Below, piece after piece: positions 53,631-64,000 of a DNA stretch of 64,000 nucleotides. How positions within the stretch are numbered: the first letter of the stretch is position 1; each line of letters begins with the position of its first letter. The notes below the pieces were generated by a model. That model saw only the letters and a program-made list of their open reading frames with translations, was not told where the DNA came from and ran no database searches. The stretch comes from Ruditapes philippinarum. Taxonomy: Eukaryota. A program made the translations under genes and the position numbers. The stretch spans positions 1-64,000 of the forward strand of contig NW_026856785.1 in the NCBI RefSeq assembly GCF_026571515.1, written 5' to 3'.

Positions 53631-55263
53631 ACGGGCTGATGATGTCTTTCATGTGTCCGAATTATTTACCAGAGTAATACATGATAGAAATGTATTACAT
53701 TACTCTATCTTTTACTATTCTGTGACACAGACGACACTTGCAGGTCAGGCCCCCAATACATTGCTCCACCCTAGTCAACTGTCGAGTACATGTAACTTTT
53801 TAACATTTTAGCACGAGTTGGCCATCTGTCTCATTCCCAATAATTTTTAGGTCCACGATAGTGTGGGCAGAGACTATCAGTTCCGGCTGATTTTAATATT
53901 ATTTGAATCTTCTTATGTTTTATGTAATTGGGAGCTTTGAAAAACTAACTCTTCAAGGAGAAAATTAGCTCTTCAAATAAAGGGAAGAAAAAAAACATAT
54001 GTTAGGACATTTATTGTAGTTATCCTTCTTTATTAGACATGACTGTTTAGAAGCATAGTAATGCTAATGTATATAGAATTATTGTCATTTTCTTTCTTTT
54101 ACAAGATTTTTTTTATTTATACACAAATTTAAGCTACTCCAATAATGCATATATAGATCCTGTGAAGAAAACAGTATTTCGATCAACTATCTCATTAGTC
54201 TCATTGGGAGCAGGAAATGTTGTATAATTTAATTGAGATAATCCTTGTCCATGATGTTTATAAGTCTACCTACCATAAATGTGAACTTTCATATTTCATA
54301 TGATACTTTTTTTACTCTTTCTTCAGTAAGTATCCACGGGAAGACCTAATTTATTTGTTTTTCGTATTACCCTTTTTGTTTAGGTTATATAGCTGGAGAC
54401 ACATTGAGGATAGGATGAAATAAATAAATAAATAAATTGTATATAAATGAAAGTAAAATTATCTCAAAAAACTATATGTTTAGAAATATTATATAATGCA
54501 TTTATAAACCATCGTTTTCTTCGAACGTTTTCTATGTTATCTCATCAATTTCAGAATTTATAAATGTAATATGAAAATCTTATGCCTCCTTTTTAATGTT
54601 AAATGATTTACTGTATGATTTGCATTTGTATGGTTATGCATAATTGTATTTGAAGGAATGAAAAATAGAATAAAGATTAAATTGCCAATCAAGGCTCAAT
54701 AAAATACTTTATCAATCTTTGATGGTTAACTGGACTTTGCTTATTTCATGTGAAAATTGAATGATGAATAATGATGAGACAGATGACATATATGTGCTAC
54801 TTTGTAAAAAGTATCTGAGAGTTAAAAAGAGTGTCGAATGCGATGTTGAGAGCAGGTCTTACCCCCAGCTGTCTGTGTTCAATGGAACACTTATAGACAC
54901 TAATCTGGTGGATCCCTCATAGTAAAACCAAAAAGCATCACACAATATTCGATTTGAATTGTCAATATATGATTATTACACTTCAATTTGTTTCCTGTTC
55001 GCGCTGACCAAGTGCATTACTGATAGTTGATATTAAAAGAAATACTTTGTACAGTGTATTGAGTGTGCAGGCGGTGCATACTCTTATGAAAGCACTGTGA
55101 ACGAACGTACAATTAATTTCGAAATATGTTAGATACCCTTAGTCTCGCGTAGCTGTTACTGAATCGAAACTATCCCTGTTAACTATATTGACTTGTTTTT
55201 GTTTGTAATTTATTTAAATTGATATGTCAATTTTGTAACTTGTTTTGCTTTGTAATATACATA

Positions 55264-55347
55264 AATTAATTAATTGATGAATGAATGAATGAATGAATGA
55301 ATGAATGAATGAACGAACGAACGAATTAATTAATTAATTAATTAATT
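55264..55347. repeat. Compound microsatellite (AATT)n-(GAAT)n-(GAAC)3-(AATT)n
   Basis: Seen directly. Confidence 0.9.
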
Positions 55348-57064
55348 TTTCAATATATTGTAGCAAAGTACACTATCTACAATTTGATAAAAATTTCAAC
55401 TAAGTCTTATATCAACGGCATAGCATCAGGAAAAAAGTCAGAACGATACAAAAAATCTTATTTAGAAACTTATACAATATACCTTGCAACTTTCCAACTT
55501 TGAAATTAAAATATCTACTGTTGGTCATGTTAAAAAATGATAAAATATTTGATTCTGAAAGGAAATACAAAATGCACAAGGTGACTGATATCATAGCCAG
55601 CGCTTAGATTTTTTAACCAAGAATTGCCACATGATACAAATAAGTTGAATAATAACATCAATGTGTGTTCAAAATTGGATACAGTGTTTGAGTACAAATG
55701 GGGTTTAAGCTGCGAAAGACCTATCAATGATGTAGGAGACGTCAAAAGTGCTAAAGAAAATAATGATGGCTAGATGAACAATAAAGTTGCTTTGACTACA
55801 ACCCCATGTCTATACGTACTATAAACGCGAACTTACTTTCTTTGATACAGGTGTCGATGTTGAACATGAAGAAACCTGATCTGGTAGAGTCCTTTAATTT
55901 CGTTTAAAACATTTTTGTCCGGCTATCAATGAACTTGCAAACATTGACTTGCAGGGCAAGTGAGGAATACGGTGAACTGTAGGTACGTGAGAAAAATACT
56001 CCTATATAGTATATAAAAAGGCATTATATCGAAATGAATTTACATTTTTTTTTCAGTGTGATATATAATTGTTATACAATAAATATTTCAAGTTTTAAAA
56101 TCTACCTTATGAAATGACTTTTATTTATCTATTTATTGTGTAACATAAACATTTTATTGTCAATACACGATTTTCTGCAAAAATTGATTTACTTTATATT
56201 GATCATTAATAGGTCAAAATGGATTTAAGCACTTTCTTAATTAAATGATATATTATATAGATTTGTTGTGATTGAGGTTGTATACCACACTTAAGTGAAA
56301 TTGTATATATGTATATAATTATGCTAATAATTTTTAAACATCAAAGAATATGTAAAATATATACTGCAAATATTGGTGCACATTATATGCTATCATTAAA
56401 ATATATGCATTCTTTTCTTATTGGAAATTTTGACTTAGAATTTATAGAAAATAAATTTCTAATTACCTACCTTTATTATGAAATGTTTAATTCGGTAATA
56501 TCTTTATAAATAACGCTTTTTTGGAACATACTATATTGATAAATCTTATTTTCAGCATCATAGTTATGATATAAAACCATAAAACACGGTGCACAAAAGC
56601 GTTCTTAACCACCCGCCATAATAAGGGGAAATAACTAATTAATTTGAGTGCATTGTGTGATAAAAATATGCACTGTATCTAGTCAGTATACAAAGTAAAT
56701 GTAGGCAGTGAAAGATATAAGTGTGGTGAATTTCAACCTCTTAACGACATACCTTGCTATTTCACACACTAATGCGATCAACATGAAGATTTATTTTCAT
56801 TCTGACGAAGTGGAAATAACTTATGTTTCATTACAGACCAATCACGTCTGCAGGGATAAATTTTCCATTTTGGCAAACATTTTGATAATTACGATTTTTT
56901 GGAAATGTTTTTTTTCTACATTCTGTATCTGTTTGATCTTTACAAGTTGATTGTGTTTATTAACTTAAGATGTGCCATTCTGTGACGATGTGTTCTGTAA
57001 TATAATTAATTTTAAAAGAACAGCGAGTGCGTTTATTTTTACATTGGTGTAAAATCAACAGTAC

Positions 57065-58452
57065 ATGGACATCGCAATTTATCTAGCCACATTGTTCTCC
57101 CTTGATTTTCCTTATGAGTATGCCAACCAATGGTTGTTGAAAAAATCTAAATGAATGCGTTTATTTGCAAAAACTTTTAACTACATTGCTGCAAAGATGG
57201 ATGGTTTTCATATAGAGGACATTGTTACTTCATCGATTTGGGTATAAAGCTGTCGTTTCCTGCAGCCAGGGTATGTACACACAATCATACAATAGTATGC
57301 ACTTGTTTCGAGCGTTAAATTTTTACGATGAAAGAATTTATTTAAAACAAGATCAGGCAGATATTAAGTTAATGATATTATTTTATGTTTTTTAAACCAA
57401 AAAAAAAAAAATATCTTTAATGGTTCTAAAATCAATGGTTTGGTATATTTTACACTGGTATGAATGTATGCATTTGTATGTATGCGTGCATATGTGTATG
57501 TGTGTGCAAGTGCGCGCGCACGCGCGTTTGTATGTGCGTGTGTGTGCGCGCGCGCAACAACGCATGCGTATGTTTTTACTGATAAAAAGTTATTCTCTAT
57601 TTGTTTATATATATATATATCAGATTTACTGTTTAAATCTTGGGGCAGACCTAGTCCAGCTCGAAACAATTGCTGAAAATAATTTTCTGAAGGGATATCT
57701 AAAGAAAATCGAAGGTAAATCTCTAACATCAACTTGAGTTTATTGCTTATAATGGTCGCATGATAAACATGCGACATCATGAGATAAAATACTATATAAT
57801 ATAAATGATACTGCTCGCTTGTTCGTTTCTGTTATTATTTGTTTCTGTTGTATTATGTAATTATTTTCCGACCTTTTCTCATTTATAATGTGTAACATAT
57901 ATAACACCTCGATATCATAACCGATGGTTTCAAGCATTGCCAATAATTGCTTTAGTATCAAAGATAAAAAAAAGATAAAACTAAACTTTGGCTATTTAAA
58001 AACATCGTTTCACAGAACACATTGTAACAACAGTGAGATACTGAAGATATTGAAGAGCGCTTTCATTTTTTTAATTTCATTATTTTTATTTTATTATAAA
58101 TCTTTATCTTTTATCTTTTATTTATTTATTTATTTATTTTGGGGTGGGGAAGGGTCCGTATCCTTAGTGTCTGAATGGGCGGATTGACTGGACCCTCATT
58201 TAACCAAGAATACGCTTTCATTTTCTAGCAAAACATGCTTGGATTGGCCTAAATGACATGACTCATGAAGGTATATGGCGATGGTACGGCACGAATGAAC
58301 ATGCTACATTCTCTGATTGGACACCTGGACAACCAGACAATGCAATGAACATTGAAGACTGCGTGCACTTTAATCATTATCACTACTTTAAATGGAACGA
58401 TTTCCCGTGCCGAAATTTAGTTGCACCTTTCTGTGAGACAGACCAAATATGA
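57065..58452 (+). pseudogene. C-type lectin copy 8 (QPD/WND, galactose-type), apparently disrupted. Exons ~57065-57132, 57185-57270, 57624-57714, 58229-58452
   Basis: Exons CCKDGWFSYRGHCYFIDLGIKLSFPAAR, IYCLNLGADLVQLETIAENNFLKGYLKKIE and AKHAWIGLNDM...GQPDN...WNDFPC...FCETDQI* are open. The exon-2 acceptor reads AC (57183-57184) with an in-frame TAA just upstream. The signal exon needs one C removed to read MDIAIYLATLFSLIFLMSMPTN. These lesions could be assembly errors. Confidence 0.7.
57459..57572. repeat. Alternating purine-pyrimidine (TG/CG/TA) microsatellite in intron 2 of copy 8
   Basis: Seen directly, e.g. GTGCGTGTGTGTGCGCGCGCGC. Confidence 0.9.
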
Positions 58453-60330
58453 GCAAACATTTGAATGAAATAAAATCCGACGATTACATATATCATATTA
58501 ATATATATATGTTTGTTTAAAATTTAATCGGAAGCATATATTTTGTAAATCGAATAACATGTACGAGTAAAACATCAAACCTGTATTTTCAATCTTGTTT
58601 CTTTTTACTCTTACGTTTTGCTACTGGATCTATCTATTTACACGTTTAGATTACTCTACTTGTATTTTAACAGGGAAGAAACAAATTGAGTGGTTTGAAT
58701 TTTAAAAGTTTTCATTTCTTTTTCTACAGGCATCAACTGTTTTGATTTCACTGTTTTCAACTGTTTTCTTTTAACTTATAAATCATGTTCATAATATGTA
58801 AACAAGGAAGAAATGTTAACGTTGCATTCATAACAACTGTTTGTGTTTTACATAAAGTTAAATATGTTAAGTTAGATAATGTCATATAACATAAACTAGA
58901 TAAATACAGAATCCCTAAAGAAAGCCCAACAAGAACAAAATTGAAAATGTTGCAGGCTCGGTAACGAAGATACATTTTTAACAACATAGGTATGTGTTTG
59001 TCCACCTTGTAAACGAACGTGGATTATCATTATGGTTTGCTCGTATTTCTGAAATATTTTAAAAACATAGCTTTCTTAGAAATCTTAAGGACATGGTAAG
59101 CTGAATATCAGCCACAAATACATTTTAGATAATCATGATATGATGATTACAGTTAAGTTGACCAAGTGATAAATTGGTGGTCTAGCGGAGTGACTTTGTT
59201 GGCCTGGCACCCTAGTGATGTCAAATTTGCGGCTACCGGAGTGAAGTTGGTGTGATTATAATGTTAAACATCTTCGAAATTATGTTACGTTACTCTGCCA
59301 AGTGTCATTTCATGAATATTGTCAATACATGAACATTGTCTTAATACATAAAAGTCATAGATAACATAATACTAGTATTTGAGAATATCATTCAAGTTAT
59401 TATTATAGTAAATTTGTGATTACCAGCGCCGAAGTTCAGAAATCCATTTACCACATATATTCCCTGGTTTGTTTCAATTAATTTTCATTTTATCATGCTA
59501 TGAATTTTGAATATCCCATTCATTTGAAGGGATATCAGTTTCAACAGCAATGAACAGTGTATAACCTGGGCAGACAGTGAGGAGACTATACAGCGACTGA
59601 TAGATATTGTCATTCTTCACTTACATTCTTATGTGAGAAAAACTAAGTAGACATAAGAATAAATTCATAACTTTAAGTAATCCGAAAAATAAATAGTTCG
59701 GTTTTTATCGGCCCGATCTTAACAAACATATTTTCCATAAATCAAGGTATTTGTGTTGGTTGTTTAAATGACTGTAATAAAATTGTCGCAGTATCTAATG
59801 TTAACACTGTAGTTATATATATTATATCATACCTGTACTATCCTAAATGCCATTATCTTTATATTTGCGTCTTTTTTACTTTTCGTCATATGGAGATCAA
59901 CCTTATACTCGTTATAGCTCGAACAAAGAGCCATGATTTACCCCTAACCTCTGATTAAATAAAAACAGTAAATAACTACTAAATTTCGAAATTTTAACCT
60001 GACGTCATAGCGCTAACAATGAAAATGGCGGAATCATGTGACTAAAGTAGTTCTTATATATCGCAGTATTATGCGAGAGGTCTATTGCAAAGCATAAATG
60101 TCAAGGAGATCAGAATGCGCTAATAAAAATGCATAGCAAATGCTTTCATCACTTTCTGGGAATAATTAATAGTTTATCAAATTATTTGATTAAATATGAT
60201 TTTCTACTTACTTAGTCCTATGAAGAACACCAAACTCACAAATGAAAATACCGGTGATCCTTTACACAGGTTTGACTGTATTTTCTCAGTTTGAACTGAA
60301 CAGGTATAGACAAGTCGGCACGGCATAAAA

Positions 60331-60545
60331 CAGATTCTGGCAAGCCGTAACAGCCGTACCCGGATTCTCTCTATCATAATCAGCCCGAACCAGATTCTCG
60401 CTAGCCGCAACTGACGGAACCGTATCTTGGGTATCAAAAACAGCCCGAGACAGATTATGTCTGGCCGAAACAGCCGGATCCGGATTATGTCTTACTATCA
60501 AAAACAGCCCGAACCAGATTCTAGCTAGCCGGAACAGCTGAACAA
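60331..60545. repeat. Degenerate ~60-bp tandem repeat (~3.5 units)
   Basis: CAGCCCGA(A/G)(C/A)CAGATT recurs at 60381, 60441 and 60505. Confidence 0.75.
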
Positions 60546-63325
60546 CCAGAACTGTTGCGGGTGTTGCAGCTCGCCCGCCAGCTACACTCTACACATTGTG
60601 ATGTATATAACAACAAAAGTGCTTCTTTCTAAAAATTTTCAATCGTACAATAAGGATTTTAATTTTTCTTGTATATGATTATTAATAATTTCATTTGCCT
60701 TTTAATTTGGACTCTATGACGAAAAAGTGTAACTTACTTCTATTCATTGGTTATATAAAAATGTGCACTTCCTTTTCGATACGTGTGCAGATTATATTAA
60801 GCATAAACAAACATGATCAAGTGACGTCCTTGAATTTGGTCCGGGTATATGTTAAAAGTTGATAATTATCTTAATCAATTAGCATGCAAACATTGTCATG
60901 CAGGGTTGACAAGGATTAAGGCTAACTGTAAGTGCGTAAGTAAAATATTCTGAAATGAATAAACATATCTAAATGCCTAGAAATTATTCATTTCATTATT
61001 ATTTCCATTTGTTTGAATGTAAATTGATACTCTCTGTTTTAACGTTAATATTTTATTGTTAAAACATGTTTTCCTGCAAAAATGTGATTTACTTTATTTG
61101 GGTTAATTGATTAAGAGAATATTATTGAGATAATATTGTGATGAAAATGGGTTTATTTGTCAGGCAAACTGAATTATTACCAAAAATTTTCAAAGATGAG
61201 GTCATCTTGAGTAACAGTTTGTTGTTAGAAACCTACAAATTATCAATGAAGGTGAAAATAAATGCCAATTTATTATATCGCGAACAAATGAATAATTTGA
61301 AGATATTTTTTTCTATTTTATAATTTTGAGAGAAGAGTTCGTAAAACTTGTGAAAGCAACTTGACCTTCGATTTCAAAGTTCTGAAATCTTGCCAGATTC
61401 ATGAGATTCGATTCATCTCGTCCATCAAATCAGATCATCCTTTTTATCAATACCGTGCACTTAAATAACTAATCCTTCACCAGCCGATTTTGGTAGACTT
61501 TGTCCGGTAGCTCGCAATTACCATTACCGTCCATGAACATTCATGAAATAAAACTTTATCTACTTACACTGATGATTATCTGAACCTTAAGTTAACAAAC
61601 ACAAAAGTTTTATAGATAAACAGATAATTATCTGTAAGTGTTGGTAGTTTAGGGTACTTTTTATTTTAGTGCTTTTGGAAGTTAGAAACTTTTTTCGTTA
61701 CAGAAAAAAATATCTAAATAGTCTGATAGATATCTGTTATTTTTCTTGTTAACACAAAAAAACTTAAATTTTTTGTCAGATAGTTAATGCGATAATAATA
61801 TGTTTAACTGTTGGAAGAAATATGCCACTACTAATTAACTTTCACAATAGATTGCATTTAGAAGAAAAGAAAAACATTCATAACCTCATGTATGTCAAAT
61901 AAGAATTTGTATCCCAAATTATTTATAACTTATTTATTAACTAAGTTGAAATACAATTTTCAACAACCTGTTAATCAATTTATCGCCTGAATTTGAATTA
62001 TATGTGTAGTTATGTTTTTCCTATTATTGTGTACGACTGAATAAAACTGTTTATGATTGTCAAAGCTAGACTATGTGAGCATATCGGCACTCGTATCTGA
62101 ATATGATATTTGACCTAATATAGATATATAAGTATCTTTTGACGAATTACGTGTTATTGGTTTCGTTTGTTCTTTTCTGGGTTTACGTGACTGATTACTA
62201 TCATAATACACGCACTCGATTTTAACTGGTAATATTGGAGGGGGGGGGGGTGCGTTAATTGAATGCCGCCCTTCCTTTTTGATCGTTGTATTCATACTTT
62301 ATGATATTATTACTTCGTTAATATTTTTAATTTAATGGACCTCTTTGCTCCATATTCATATATGTGACCGCCTTTTAAATAAAATTTAGACTTTGGATTG
62401 ATTTATTTTTATAAAAACGGGCTCATTGACCTTAAACATCTTCTAAATATTTTGTTGTTACATTTTTCTGGTCTTTTGTGATCACTGTTTTCAGCACATT
62501 TGAATTGCGCTAAAGCTGGTACTTGGGGCATGATAAATGTTGCGCTTAAACACTTTGTCTGATAAATACAGTCAACATTTTTCAAATGATATTTTCGTTT
62601 TGCTTGCTTACAAGAGATCACCCCTTTAACTGATATTTATTGTAGCGGTCGATTTGCTTCCGTTTATTGATGAGAACGATTAAATATTTCAGAAACTAGA
62701 AGCTGTTCCCATGGAAACAAAAAGACGTAGGACTACTGAAGTAGTAAAATCCAAGGAATCAGTTCAGAAACAGTCCGTGAAAAAGAACTCAGTGATTGGC
62801 TGAAGTTGTTTCCAATAAAAACCATTGTCATAGCTGTGTTTATAGGGCTGCTTTACTTATTTGCCCGAACATTTTTACACAACTTACTATATTTTACCAT
62901 AAGATTTTCTCCGGAGCTAAACTATGTAGATGGACCTCCTCCTATGTAAATTTATAATGTAAAAGTCCTTAAGCTATAAACTGTGAGAATAAAAGCAACA
63001 AAAGCAACAAGGATAGTATTGTCGCACCCCCCCCCAAAAAAAAACAACAAAAAAAAACGCCTGTCAAAAAGTTTTGATGGAGATGTGGGCTTTATTGACA
63101 GAAGTGTTAGCTGGCAAGCAAATTTAGACTATACTCCTGGCACTGTGTTTGTAACAAATTAGTTTTTTGATGTCAGAAGCCCAAATTAAATAGTGCAAGC
63201 AACGAAAGTGACATTCTGCTGAAAGGAATGATAAAATTCAAAAAAAAGTGCAATATACAGCTGTATATATTTCTTTACTGAATACATTATTTAATATACT
63301 AAAAATATTTGTTTGGTTAGATTAA

Positions 63326-63607
63326 AGGGACTCTGAGGTTTTTTGACATGATGGGACTGAAAATATTTTTTCTGATAATTGTACCATTTGTTGAATGTTT
63401 AGACATCAAATGACCAATAATGAAAAGCGTTTAAACGCTTTTCACTCAAATCGGGTTAAGGGGAGCATAAAAATACGATTTTCAATTTATTTCAAAGTAT
63501 ATTTCTTAAGTTTCTCTGCATATATTTCTATTTAAAGTGCCCGAGCTCATTTATGTAAGAAATTCAAACGTAATGTTATTAGGCTTTTGAACCTCAGTGG
63601 AGTTCCT
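63326..63607. mobile_element. TTAA-target MITE (Kolobok-type)
   Basis: TTAA|AGGGACTCTGAGGTT ... AACCTCAGTGGAGTTCCT|TTAA, imperfect TIR. Confidence 0.7.
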
Positions 63608-64000
63608 TTAAAATTAAATATATCAATAATATACACCATTTGAATAAAAGAATGACTTACTTACAAGAGACGTACTTATCATTTGTATTTTATTATAAAG
63701 CTCAATAAAACATGTATTATTGTTCAACTTGTCTAAACTTGGTCAAAAATGTTCATGAATTAACGCAAAATCGAAATATCTTGATTTTAATCTTCTTTTA
63801 TAGGATGGAAAAAAACATAGTAAGCTATTTAAGTGTTGTCCAAAGTATAATGTTAAATTTAAAAATAGCACAAGATGAAATTTACCAGGAAATATCCAAA
63901 TTAAATGGATTTGGTAACTGTTGTCAAAAGGAAAAATATACCAATAACATTTGGTGCCACAAAATTTACAAAGGACACTGCAAATAAAATATAATATAGA

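Noticed and set aside
53491-53811. 106-aa ORF
   Set aside because: It starts at TTG, has no recognisable homology and overlaps a dispersed repeat fragment.
57133-57184. U12-type AT-AC intron explaining the AC acceptor of copy 8
   Set aside because: No ATATCCTT donor or TCCTTAAC branch site, and the paralogous introns are GT-AG.
57364-57780. 138-aa minus-strand ORF and overlapping ORFs
   Set aside because: Low-complexity translation of a microsatellite. Only 57624-57714 on the + strand is a real lectin exon.

Overview
AT-rich, intron-containing eukaryotic DNA, probably from a bivalve mollusc (inferred from the gene type and repeat families, not proven). The window holds a head-to-tail tandem array of eight secreted single-domain C-type lectin (perlucin-like) gene copies, all on the + strand. 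They share a four-coding-exon structure: signal-peptide exon, 86-nt exon, 91-nt exon and a terminal WIGL/EPN/WND exon, with intron phases 1-0-1. Copies 1, 2, 4, 5 and 6 are intact. Copy 7 is probably intact but its exon 2 start lies in error-prone sequence. Copy 3 is a pseudogene. Copy 8, the only QPD (galactose-type) copy, carries two apparent inactivating lesions. Copies 1-5 sit in recently duplicated, mosaic 5.5-10 kb units, so paralogous empty sites delimit many transposon insertions: hAT-like, mariner-like and TTAA-type MITEs, a 3-kb foldback element, two Helentron-associated elements with internal tandem repeats, a Penelope-like fragment, a SINE and a LINE tail. The most notable signal is a near-invariant lectin framework, including a 55-nt block identical in three copies, next to completely different sugar-binding-site loops. 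A conserved unpaired N-terminal cysteine could additionally allow disulfide-linked hetero-oligomers. Coordinates were read by eye and no database searches were run.
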